A program made the position numbers and the translations under genes. Positions 50,644-60,149 of a DNA stretch of 64,000 bases are shown here, one piece after another (positions within the stretch are counted from its first letter, which is position 1; every line of letters begins with the position of its first letter). The notes under the pieces were generated by a model. That model was not told the DNA's origin, searched no databases, and was given only the letters and a program-made list of their open reading frames with translations. The DNA is taken from positions 419,263-483,262 of IMG/VR virus record IMGVR_UViG_3300027996_002186. One strand, given 5' to 3'.

Positions 50644-51396
50644 ATGATAACAGATAAATACGTATTTTTTTGGGGTGGAATCTGCAGCCAATGGGCCGCA
50701 TCTGAATTTGAAATTGATGGACAAAAATATACTTGTGCAGAACAGTATATGATGTATAAGAAAGCTTCTTTATTTGAAGATGAAGATGTAGAAAATGCTA
50801 TAATGAGAACCAATAACCCCAGAGAGCAAAAAGCTTTAGGAAGAAAAGTTAGAGGTTTTGACAAAGATAAGTGGGAAGAAGTTTGTAAAGAATATGTTTA
50901 TGAAGCTAACTATGCTAAGTTCACACAAAACTCATTCATGCTTGAAGAGTTAAAAACTTATGGTGATAGAGAAATTGTAGAAGCATCACCAGAAGACTCT
51001 ATTTGGGGGATTGGAATGCATGAGACTGACCCTGATATCCTTGACAAGACCAAGTGGAGGGGAACAAACTGGCTTGGAGAAGCAATAATGCGAGTTAGAG
51101 ATGAATTATTAACTGAAAATGTAAAGACTTTAAATTTAATATACAGACATACAGGCGATGGTAAGTTCGTTGCTGAAATGGAAGACGGTTCTTTTAAGGA
51201 CTTGGGCCCTAATGCTGTCGGGATGATTAGGTATACTTATTTTGAAGAAGATACACTACCATCAAATGGATGGGAAGTTACAAGAGGTAAGCTATTAGAA
51301 GATTACCAACCAAAGATGTTAAAAGATTATCAGGATGGTAAGTTTGAAGTTTCTCACATAGATGAACATGGGATGAAACACTTTAAAGAAAAATGA
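50644..51396 (+). CDS. NADAR (YbiA-like) protein with C-terminal extension
   Basis: SQW, AEQYMM..KA..F.D, KALGRKV, KFTQN, VEASP.D.IWGIG, W.G.N.LG...M.VR. Confidence 0.9.
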   Translation: MITDKYVFFWGGICSQWAASEFEIDGQKYTCAEQYMMYKKASLFEDEDVENAIMRTNNPREQKALGRKVRGFDKDKWEEVCKEYVYEANYAKFTQNSFMLEELKTYGDREIVEASPEDSIWGIGMHETDPDILDKTKWRGTNWLGEAIMRVRDELLTENVKTLNLIYRHTGDGKFVAEMEDGSFKDLGPNAVGMIRYTYFEEDTLPSNGWEVTRGKLLEDYQPKMLKDYQDGKFEVSHIDEHGMKHFKEK

Positions 51397-51450
51397 CAAG
51401 TAAAGAGGAAAATAATTATTAGATATATAATTAAAATATAAATAATTATT

Positions 51451-52107
51451 ATGATTAAGAATAAATTAGGATATGAAATGGATGGGTTATTAAATAACCT
51501 AGATAATTATGATATAACAGAAGAAGAAATCCTTGAGATGAAGGAAAAGATGAAAGAGATGGATAGAAAGTTGAAGGAAAAGAATAAACCTAAGACTATA
51601 ACCATAAGTGCCCAAACACACTCATCTATAAAAAAGTATTGTAATTCAATGGACTTAAACATTGGTGATTGGGTAACTAAAGTTCTTATTAATGAGATTA
51701 ATGAAGAAAGATGTACTGAGGAATTTGAACAAGAAGACTATGTTAAGACTGAAACAAAGGAAATACTTGAAAGATACGAAGCTTCTAAGAAATATAAAAG
51801 CTTATACAAAACTGATAAGTTAATATTTCATAAGAAGTTTGCGTTCAAAGGATATTCATCACTTGATGGTAAACCAGTATATGAATGTGATTTCAAAAAT
51901 GTATTAACTTTATTATATGAGTATGATGTTGACTGTGTTGTTGCAAACAAACGTGAGATAGGTAATGGGATATATCATAACCTTGATTTAGAAGTAGAAT
52001 TATTAATACCAGAAAAACAAACTGAGGGACTTACTTTTGAAGAAATGAAGGCTCGAATTAAAGAAACCGATGAAATTTATGGGAAGAAGGGCTGGGTAAC
52101 GCCATAG
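51451..52107 (+). CDS. Hypothetical protein with ribbon-helix-helix-like segment
   Basis: KTITISAQTHSSIKKYC....I..WV..LI. Confidence 0.55.
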   Translation: MIKNKLGYEMDGLLNNLDNYDITEEEILEMKEKMKEMDRKLKEKNKPKTITISAQTHSSIKKYCNSMDLNIGDWVTKVLINEINEERCTEEFEQEDYVKTETKEILERYEASKKYKSLYKTDKLIFHKKFAFKGYSSLDGKPVYECDFKNVLTLLYEYDVDCVVANKREIGNGIYHNLDLEVELLIPEKQTEGLTFEEMKARIKETDEIYGKKGWVTP

Positions 52108-52224
52108 AAGTACTTTCCACTTGTCACATCTTCAAAAATATATTCCCAAAATTTACTGCAATGGATAGAAAGAAAAAGATACGCAAAATATTTAACTTAC
52201 CAGAAGAAAAATTACCATTTTAAG

Positions 52225-52824
52225 ATGAAAAATAATATAGATTCTAAACAAAATAATAGTGATGAAAAAGAGTTGGTTAAAAAATATTTAAATGGAGACA
52301 CAAGAGCTTTTACAACATTGTTCAAAACATATAAACCTATTTTCTTCACTAACGCGATAAAATGGTACGGTAACAACAACTACAATAACGAAGAGATTGA
52401 GGATATGGCTATGGAATTCTTAGGTAGGATATCATCAAAATTACATTTATATGATCCAGAAAAAAGTATTTTTGGTACTTGGATTACCAATTCGATGAAG
52501 AATTTTATGATAGAGTGTCACCGGAAAAGAACTCGACAAAAAAGAATACCAAGTAATAAAAAGATTTCTTTTGACGAAATCATAACAGAACCTTCAATTA
52601 ATGAGACATATAAAAATATAGAGATTAAAACCTATCGAAAATTAATTAAAATGATGGTAGAGTCTTTAGGTAGTGATGATACACGAATATTTAACGAAAT
52701 ATTTCTAAAAGGTAGAACAAAATCAGAAGTAGCTAAAGAAATGGGTATAATATATAGCACTTTAGAGTATAGAATTAAGAGAGTAAAAAGAAGATTAGAG
52801 AAATTTAGACCAGAAGATATGTAG
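52225..52824 (+). CDS. ECF-type sigma-70 family factor
   Basis: GD..AF..LF..Y, EIEDMA.E, F.TWI....N...E..R, C-terminal HTH (SEVAKEMGI..ST...RI.R). Confidence 0.85.
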   Translation: MKNNIDSKQNNSDEKELVKKYLNGDTRAFTTLFKTYKPIFFTNAIKWYGNNNYNNEEIEDMAMEFLGRISSKLHLYDPEKSIFGTWITNSMKNFMIECHRKRTRQKRIPSNKKISFDEIITEPSINETYKNIEIKTYRKLIKMMVESLGSDDTRIFNEIFLKGRTKSEVAKEMGIIYSTLEYRIKRVKRRLEKFRPEDM

Positions 52825-52925
52825 GTTTGTGTGCAAAACCACGGAAAATTTTATAAAAGAGGTAATAATTATTAAATATATAATTAAAATATAAAGATGA
52901 GTAAAAAGGAAGAAGGTGGTTTATT

Positions 52926-54251
52926 ATGAGATATTTTTTAACATTGGTAATATTATTATTTTCATTAACAAATGTCAATTCACAAGTAGCTAATGATGAT
53001 TGTCTTAACGCAATACCATTAGGTAATCTACCAAACCCATCTAATTGTGGTCCAGGACCTATGAATAATGGACAAGGTTCTCCAATCACATTTAATAATC
53101 TTACAAATGTAAACTCATTAACAGAGGCTCCATATACTACACTAATAAATTGCCAAGGAACTCCAGGAAATAATATGTCTTCTCCAGCTACCGATGTTTG
53201 GTATTCATTCGTTGCAACAGGAAATTCATTAGATGTTACAATTAATGGAAATATAAACCAACCGAATGTAGGTATATGGACAGGAAATTGTGGAGCATTA
53301 ATAGGGGTCGGTTGTGATATTGGTGGAGGAGGAAACTTAAATACTACATCTCAATTAACACCCGGACAAACATATTACATTCAAATCAGTGGAGGAAACC
53401 CTGCAGATCAAGGAACATTCGATTTAACACTACAAAATAATAATAGTTGTGATGATTGTTTATTATCATCTAATATGACCGTCACTCCATTACCAATAAA
53501 TGGAACCTATCAACCAGGAACTACTGTAACATTTTGTTTTACAGTAACAGAATGGTCACAAGAAAATCAAAATTGGTTTCATGGTGTTGTTCCTATAATG
53601 GCATCTGGTTGGGGTCCTATCACACCAATAAGTGGAGCAAATACTTGTGACACTGGTCCAGGGGTTTGGACTTGGTTTAATGGTATCAACACACCAAACG
53701 GAAATTCAAATGGGTTTTTCTTTGATGGTGATTTGTTTAACAATCCAAATGGAAATCCTACAAACAATTTCGGAGATAATTGTAATGGTAATGTCAATTG
53801 GGAATTTTGTTGGGAAGCAACAACAACTAGTTGTCCACCTGGTCAAGATGGAGATAACCTAAGTGTTTTTATAGAAACTTACGCTGATGGTGAAACTGGT
53901 AGCTGGACGAATATAGCTTGTCAAAATGATCCTATATTTGCATTCAGTGGTAGTCTTACGTGCTGTCCGATACCAACTGAAATACACACAGATGAAATAT
54001 GTTTAGGTGAAAATGATGGAACAATAACAGTAACAGGACAAGGTAGTGCACCATTCGATTATGTTTGGGAAGACTCTAATGGAAATATAATACAAACATC
54101 AAATAATATAAATGGTTCGGATAATATGTTAAATCTTGCACCAGATATATATACTATCACCGTCACAGATAATGATGGATGTGTACAAACAATAACAATA
54201 ACTATATTAGCAGGAGGCCAAGCCAGTATAGTGGGTATATGGCATAATTAA
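52926..54251 (+). CDS. Secreted Cys/Asn/Gly-rich adhesin-like protein with a SprB-like repeat
   Basis: Signal peptide ending NS|Q; NDDC..A, DVWYSF.A; C...NDG.I....G..PF.Y.W...Y..TVTD..GC; ends IVGIWHN. Confidence 0.8.
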   Translation: MRYFLTLVILLFSLTNVNSQVANDDCLNAIPLGNLPNPSNCGPGPMNNGQGSPITFNNLTNVNSLTEAPYTTLINCQGTPGNNMSSPATDVWYSFVATGNSLDVTINGNINQPNVGIWTGNCGALIGVGCDIGGGGNLNTTSQLTPGQTYYIQISGGNPADQGTFDLTLQNNNSCDDCLLSSNMTVTPLPINGTYQPGTTVTFCFTVTEWSQENQNWFHGVVPIMASGWGPITPISGANTCDTGPGVWTWFNGINTPNGNSNGFFFDGDLFNNPNGNPTNNFGDNCNGNVNWEFCWEATTTSCPPGQDGDNLSVFIETYADGETGSWTNIACQNDPIFAFSGSLTCCPIPTEIHTDEICLGENDGTITVTGQGSAPFDYVWEDSNGNIIQTSNNINGSDNMLNLAPDIYTITVTDNDGCVQTITITILAGGQASIVGIWHN

Positions 54252-54274
54252 AAATAAAAAAAAACAATGAAAAA

Positions 54275-54832
54275 ATGAAAAAACTATTATTAATTTTAGG
54301 AATTATAGCACTATTTGTGAGTAATTCTTATTCGCAAATAACAACCAACCCTGACACTGTATGTGTTGGTGCAGTTGGTGAAAACTATTGGGTGACCAAT
54401 ACACCAGGATCAACCTATGATTGGACATTGAATGGTGGGGGTGGTTCAATTACATCTGGACAAGGAACTGACGCAATCACAGTTGATTGGGGTAATGTTC
54501 CAGGGTTATACCCAACAGCGGTAACTGTGGTAGAAACAAACGCTGCAGGATGTACTGATACGGTTGATTTGGATATCTTTATTTTACTACCAGCATTTAT
54601 ACAAATAGGACCTTTCTGTGAGGGTGACCCTTGTGTAACATTGACAGGAACTCCAGCTGGAGGTGCTTGGAGTGGAACAGGTGTTACATTAACGGCAGGT
54701 GTTTACGAATTTTGTCCTGTAACGTCAGGTAATGGTGTATTTAACTTAACTTACACAGTTGGTGGGTGTTCAATCGTGATGGTCGTAACTGTAAATGCTG
54801 CACCCGTATTGGGACCAATTATACATAATTAA
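54275..54832 (+). CDS. Secreted PKD/Ig-like protein
   Basis: Signal peptide ending SYS|Q; YDW...GG.I.SGQGT..ITV.W; ends LGPIIHN. Confidence 0.8.
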   Translation: MKKLLLILGIIALFVSNSYSQITTNPDTVCVGAVGENYWVTNTPGSTYDWTLNGGGGSITSGQGTDAITVDWGNVPGLYPTAVTVVETNAAGCTDTVDLDIFILLPAFIQIGPFCEGDPCVTLTGTPAGGAWSGTGVTLTAGVYEFCPVTSGNGVFNLTYTVGGCSIVMVVTVNAAPVLGPIIHN

Positions 54833-55425
54833 TGAAATATTTACTATCCATATTACTTTTAATACCTCTTTGGTTGTCTGCGCAAAATGTGCAGACAATT
54901 AAAGTGTGTACCGAAGACCAGTCATATATACAAGATTATTGGGTGGATAACCCCACGACAAGTAGTGTATATGAGTGGGTTGTGGAGGGTGGATCTATTG
55001 TTAATGGGCAAGGTACTGATTTTATTACAGTAAATTGGTTAAATATACCTTATGATATATACCAAATATCAGTTTCGGTTATTAGTAACATGTGTATTGG
55101 TGATACTTCATATTTATTAGTAGATATTGATGAATGTTCTTTTGATGGTGTTTACGTACCTAATTGCTTTACTATTAATGGTGATGGTATGAATGATACA
55201 TGGGGACCAGTATTTAATGGTGAGTGGGATGATTCACAATATATTATGTACATTTTTAATCGATGGGGTGAAATGATATGGGAATCACATAATCCACTAG
55301 AAACTTGGAATGGGTATTATCAAAATAAGTTATGTCAAAACGGAGTTTATGTTTGGAAGATGTACTACAAACCACTTAATAGTTATCAATTACAAACTCA
55401 CGGACACGTCACGCTATTAAAGTAA
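54832..55425 (+). CDS. Secreted PKD-like protein with T9SS type-B (gliding-motility-associated) C-terminal domain
   Basis: Signal peptide ending LSA|Q; YVPNCFTINGDGMND.W...IFNRWGE...WNG.Y...GVY.W...GHVTLLK. Confidence 0.9.
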   Translation: MKYLLSILLLIPLWLSAQNVQTIKVCTEDQSYIQDYWVDNPTTSSVYEWVVEGGSIVNGQGTDFITVNWLNIPYDIYQISVSVISNMCIGDTSYLLVDIDECSFDGVYVPNCFTINGDGMNDTWGPVFNGEWDDSQYIMYIFNRWGEMIWESHNPLETWNGYYQNKLCQNGVYVWKMYYKPLNSYQLQTHGHVTLLK

Positions 55426-55432
55426 TTCAACA

Positions 55433-55918
55433 TCAGATATCCAAGGGAATAAAATAGATGTATAATTTTTTTACTCTATCTGGTAAATCATCAAAGTTTT
55501 CGAAATAACAATTATTACCAAATCTATCTGTATTATTCAAAGCGGGTGTTGTTATGAAATAGCAATCCAATCTATGAGTATCAGATACCATATCTATTGA
55601 TGTTATTATTGTTTCTTTTATATCTGATAAATTAAATCCCCTCTCACTTCTTCTAAGGTCAAACGGTTCATGTCTTGGACTTCCGGGCTTAATTTCGATT
55701 ACTATTTGTATCAAATTAACAGCATGTTCACTAATAAAGTATTCCTGAATATCATCAGAGTGTATCATTTTCTTACCTTTGAATGATATTGGTATATCAG
55801 TAACATTATTAATATCTACATGATAACCATCATCTTCTAAATCAAGAAACCTATCTGAAATATCTTCTATTAAACTTTCTTGTACTTTATATAATTTATA
55901 TGATTTTAAATAATCCAC
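55433..55918 (-). CDS. Paralogous-domain family protein (GTG start proposed)
   Basis: (M)DYLKSYKLYKVQES; DISDRFLDLEDDGY; TAATATATA at 55923-55931(-). Confidence 0.6.
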   Translation of the reverse strand: MDYLKSYKLYKVQESLIEDISDRFLDLEDDGYHVDINNVTDIPISFKGKKMIHSDDIQEYFISEHAVNLIQIVIEIKPGSPRHEPFDLRRSERGFNLSDIKETIITSIDMVSDTHRLDCYFITTPALNNTDRFGNNCYFENFDDLPDRVKKLYIYFIPLDI

Positions 55919-55928
55919 TACATATATA

Positions 55929-56279
55929 TTAATAATCAGATTTGTTAATATTATTTTTAATATACATAGCATCTAAGATAACATCACTTAAAACTAATAC
56001 AAATCCTGGATTTTCACCTTTTATATTTGCATATTCAACTGCTAATAAATTAGGTCTGTGATCTAAACTGATGATATAATCACCATCATCATGTTCAGTA
56101 ACTATATCATAGTATTTAGTTAACATACTAATACTATCTCCCCTTTCTAGAATAATACATTCTTTATTAAAAATATACTTAGCTATTATCATATTCCCAA
56201 CTTTTTTAATTTTTGGTCTCTTAATACCTTCTAGTGAAAACTGGCCTCCATATCTTTGGGTAATTAATAAAATCCCCAT
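55929..56279 (-). CDS. Hypothetical protein
   Basis: ORF track. Confidence 0.5.
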   Translation of the reverse strand: MGILLITQRYGGQFSLEGIKRPKIKKVGNMIIAKYIFNKECIILERGDSISMLTKYYDIVTEHDDGDYIISLDHRPNLLAVEYANIKGENPGFVLVLSDVILDAMYIKNNINKSDY

Positions 56280-56439
56280 TTATATTTGATTCAAAATAAC
56301 CAACCTTTTCACGACAACCTGGATACTCTATTAATAATTTGAAACCCCTTATATCTTCAATACTATACATCTATATATTTACTATTCTTATGCCTCGTTA
56401 GTTTAACACTTTTTACTATGTTAAAGTGATTTAATGAAA

Positions 56440-56889
56440 TTAATCCTTTATACCCAATTCTTTTAATTTTGATTCTCTAATCAATCTCTTTGTTTCTGGA
56501 TAATTATCATATATATAATCCACCATTGTGTGTATTTCGTTAATAACATAATCTTTATCTCTATAAGTACCAGTCATTTCAAATGGAGACCGCGTGGATA
56601 AATATTCATCTAGTATATAATAAGGAGAAAAGTCATTAGAATGAGCAGTATCAAATCCTATTTTCAATTCATTATCAACCACCTCACAATAAGTAACACT
56701 ACCATGACAAGGTATAGACTCTGCTTCATCATTATCGAAAAGTGGATGCCAGTTTGGTATGAAAATATATCCACACCAATTTTTCATCTGATTCCTTATC
56801 ATCTCACATTTGATATGTAAATATTCAAATTTGAGATTATCTCCTTCTTTATCTAAAATATCTAATATTTCCTCTTTATTCATATTCAC
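56440..56889 (-). CDS. Conserved phage-type protein (WCGY/HG/GFD.AH) with C-terminal tag
   Basis: WCGYIFIP..HP, CHGSVTY, IGFDTAH..D; ends IRESKLKELGIKD. Confidence 0.7.
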   Translation of the reverse strand: MNMNKEEILDILDKEGDNLKFEYLHIKCEMIRNQMKNWCGYIFIPNWHPLFDNDEAESIPCHGSVTYCEVVDNELKIGFDTAHSNDFSPYYILDEYLSTRSPFEMTGTYRDKDYVINEIHTMVDYIYDNYPETKRLIRESKLKELGIKD

Positions 56890-57434
56890 TAGTTTATTAT
56901 TTTAAAAAATTCTAATCGAGTAATATATACACGACCCTTGCGTTTATTTATAATCCTTTTCAAGGATAAAAACCATTTTTTACTAGACCAAATGGATTCA
57001 CGAACATTTCTTATATTGTTATGATGTGAACTACATTTATCATAAGTCTTTATTACTTTAGTGGTATAACCATTACCACACATAAATAAAGTTATTCTTT
57101 CAACAACCTCATCTAAAAAGTCCTCATTCATAAATTTATAATCATTATCAAATACCCTTTGTGTAGATATATTCGATTTGTATTGAAATTCTATATAAAG
57201 TCTTGATCCTGTCCATCGCTCAGCTTTAGAATCTTCTGGAATTAGTGGCGTATGAAAAATATGAGCATTTATACCATCATCAGTAACTTCTAAACAAATA
57301 TCTTTTAAGTCGTTTTTTAAATTATGAAATTTTGCATAATCATCCACGACAATCTTTACTGCATTGTTCCTCCAAATTGTTGGGTAATGTCTACCATTTC
57401 TATTAAACATCGGCTTAGATTCTAATGATTTCAT
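56889..57434 (-). CDS. Paralogous-domain family protein lacking the N-terminal motif
   Basis: DLKDICLEVTDDGI...EVVERITLFMCGNGY. Confidence 0.6.
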   Translation of the reverse strand: MKSLESKPMFNRNGRHYPTIWRNNAVKIVVDDYAKFHNLKNDLKDICLEVTDDGINAHIFHTPLIPEDSKAERWTGSRLYIEFQYKSNISTQRVFDNDYKFMNEDFLDEVVERITLFMCGNGYTTKVIKTYDKCSSHHNNIRNVRESIWSSKKWFLSLKRIINKRKGRVYITRLEFFKIIN

Positions 57435-57512
57435 CTTAGTTATTGTATTATATGTTTTATTTATATGTTATACTTTATTTTAACTTATGGTTTCTTAATT
57501 GTTTCAATTCAT

Positions 57513-58166
57513 TTAATCACCTATAATCTTGTCTCTGTTTGCACACCACCAATTAATATCTGTATCTATGAATATATTCGCATTGATAGGAGCCCCTTGA
57601 ATTAGTTTATGTTCTAGTTCTATTATCTTTTTTGGATAAGGCACTGTATTTGCAGGGTAGTAAAGTCTTACCAAATGATCTGTGACCATCTCAGCCGTTG
57701 GACCTACTGGATATGCTTTGAACTTTTCTGTATATTTATTTTCCCAATCAATCAGCCTTTCTGGATTTCTAAAATCCTTTTTCACTCTAGTATTATGCTT
57801 TATCATACCGATTTCATAATCTCTTGTAAACTCAACTTTTTGTTGTTTAGTATAGGCTCGTACTCTTGGATGGTTTTCATATAACGAAAGGTCTAATAAA
57901 AGACGCTTATCAAATGCCATTTTATACATTGTATCCATATCATGTTCTAGTGAATACATATCATTACAAGGTCCGTATAAGTACAAATCTACATCCCACG
58001 TATGCCAATCAAATAAACACTTACCATGTATATAAATCTCAAATTTATCCATGATATCAGTATTATCTCGGATATCTATCAAGTATGTTTTTAACGTATC
58101 ATACGTAGGCCTTATCCAGGGCGTGCTAGTTTCTACTGACCCTACCTTATAATGAAATTTACTCAT
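57513..58166 (-). CDS. Putative Pol-beta-superfamily nucleotidyltransferase
   Basis: IYIHG...TWDVDLYL and later LLDL. Confidence 0.5.
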   Translation of the reverse strand: MSKFHYKVGSVETSTPWIRPTYDTLKTYLIDIRDNTDIMDKFEIYIHGKCLFDWHTWDVDLYLYGPCNDMYSLEHDMDTMYKMAFDKRLLLDLSLYENHPRVRAYTKQQKVEFTRDYEIGMIKHNTRVKKDFRNPERLIDWENKYTEKFKAYPVGPTAEMVTDHLVRLYYPANTVPYPKKIIELEHKLIQGAPINANIFIDTDINWWCANRDKIIGD

Positions 58167-58330
58167 TTGATTTTATTATTATCTTTTTGATTAGCTCTAT
58201 TATTAGTTTTAGTTATATTTATATAGTTCTACTTTGTTATAAGTTATTCTGAGTATCGAAGAAAATTTTTTGACCTTAGTCGAAGACGTTTAAAATTTTT
58301 TTTGAGATTACCCGCATGCCGACCACAGTC

Positions 58331-60034
58331 CTAAAAAGGAAGATCATCTCCATCACCATATCCAAAGTTAACATCTGATTGATCATCATCTAAATTAAAA
58401 ACCGGCTCAGAAGGCGGCGGTGTAGGATCAACCTCACGAGGTATATTATCAAAGTATCTCCTTGGTACTCTACTAGACTCTATTATAAGTTCACGAACCC
58501 TATCCAAGTCCCCTGCCGTTAACCTATCGATATGAAGGATAGACTGAACCTCTGATACATTACTTTCCCTTCTTATACGTCCGATTGATTGCTCAACACA
58601 CTCACCTTCATCCATCTGATCTATTGGCATCTCAACTTCATCCTCAACTTCATCAGGGTCGAAGTCTTCATTATACTCCGGATCAGGGTCGAAGTCTTCA
58701 TTATACTCCGGATATAAAAAATCCGCATCAATCCCACCATATCCAACTTCCCTATTATCCCTTATCTTTAAGTATGTACCATTCGTACACCTAAACTCCC
58801 TTGTATGACCCAACTCTTTATCATTCGTAATAATTAAACAACCATCCTCATTTATACAAAAACACATCGTATCCATATAAGGAAAGTAATCCATATCAAC
58901 CGTGTCTAATTCAACCTCAAACCTATCATCAATCTCATTTCCATCTAAAGTAACACAAGCCTCTGGATACATCGTTTGCTCTACCTTACGATACCAACCC
59001 TTATTCTTAGCATAAGTCTTGAATAACTCTATATCACTATCAACATTACAGTAGATTCTATCTAAAAACTTTACCATACGCCCATTATACTTTACATCCC
59101 ATAATAACGCCCTACCCTTGATTCTATCAGATTCATATGAACCTTGTTTCAAAATTCCATCATCACTATATAAAATTACCATCGAACAACAACTGTTCTT
59201 AGAATAGATGTTAAAAAATTCCTTTGGCTTATTAGCCATACAAGAATTACTTAACTGACCTCCACCACCTACATAATTATCTCCATTATACCAAAAAGCA
59301 ATTTTATCACCAGTAACTATATTAAACTGTATATCCTTATTAGTAGAAAAATCATATGAAGACTTATATAAATTTACAAAGTCCTCGATATCCTTAGTAA
59401 TAAACTTTATACCCGCCGTAGTAAGTATAAGCCTAACTAACCTACCCACCTTTATCGAATTCCTATTCACCGTGAAAATAACATCACTATTGTCAGAAAT
59501 AATAATAGCCTTTTTATTTACTACCGATAACCTACCAGTATCTAAACACTTGAATAAAACATAAACCTTATCAGTAGAAGGACTTACAACCTCATTTATA
59601 ATTTTACCCTTATCTCCAATACCACAACCACACGATAACCCACCATCCATAAGAACACTATCTATACAATCACACGATGGCTCCGGATACCAATAATCGT
59701 TAACACTCTTATCATATCCTATTAAACCGAAAATAGTATTATTAGAATTACTATGAGTTAAATTCCTAATCGAACTAACACCATATACCTTAGGTAAATC
59801 ACTAAGTATCTTTTCTACCTTATCAGATGGAGTAAAAGTAACTAACCTATTCGTATCACCTATACTTATAAAGTTATAATCAAAACTATCAAACGCCATT
59901 CCAACTGCTGCAAGCCCAGGATGTCTGTGGTCAGGTTCTCCAGATAACCTTTCTATAAGCAAAAGATTTTTAGATACCTTATTATACGATACCCTTTGTA
60001 GTAACTCCCGAAACTTCTTTGAAAATTTTAACAT
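58331..60034 (-). CDS. SCM-motif phage protein with acidic tail (start revised from 60088)
   Basis: GQLSNSCMA, IKGRALLW, FLDRIY, FPYMDT; ends DDLPF. Confidence 0.65.
   Translation of the reverse strand: MLKFSKKFRELLQRVSYNKVSKNLLLIERLSGEPDHRHPGLAAVGMAFDSFDYNFISIGDTNRLVTFTPSDKVEKILSDLPKVYGVSSIRNLTHSNSNNTIFGLIGYDKSVNDYWYPEPSCDCIDSVLMDGGLSCGCGIGDKGKIINEVVSPSTDKVYVLFKCLDTGRLSVVNKKAIIISDNSDVIFTVNRNSIKVGRLVRLILTTAGIKFITKDIEDFVNLYKSSYDFSTNKDIQFNIVTGDKIAFWYNGDNYVGGGGQLSNSCMANKPKEFFNIYSKNSCCSMVILYSDDGILKQGSYESDRIKGRALLWDVKYNGRMVKFLDRIYCNVDSDIELFKTYAKNKGWYRKVEQTMYPEACVTLDGNEIDDRFEVELDTVDMDYFPYMDTMCFCINEDGCLIITNDKELGHTREFRCTNGTYLKIRDNREVGYGGIDADFLYPEYNEDFDPDPEYNEDFDPDEVEDEVEMPIDQMDEGECVEQSIGRIRRESNVSEVQSILHIDRLTAGDLDRVRELIIESSRVPRRYFDNIPREVDPTPPPSEPVFNLDDDQSDVNFGYGDGDDLPF
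58652..58713 (-). repeat. Perfect 30-bp tandem duplication within the CDS
   Basis: ATCAGGGTCGAAGTCTTCATTATACTCCGG x2 (PEYNEDFDPD). Confidence 0.95.
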
Positions 60035-60149
60035 ATGTAATACGATTAATTGATTTTTAATATCACAAATATAGTGTTTATTTTTCAATAAACAACTCTA
60101 AGTAAGAACAATTTTACAAACTTACAAGAACTTACAACATATAAATTAT

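Noticed and set aside
52926-55425. One large SprB-like gene split by sequencing errors
   Set aside because: Each ORF has its own signal peptide and the first two have matching IxHN ends
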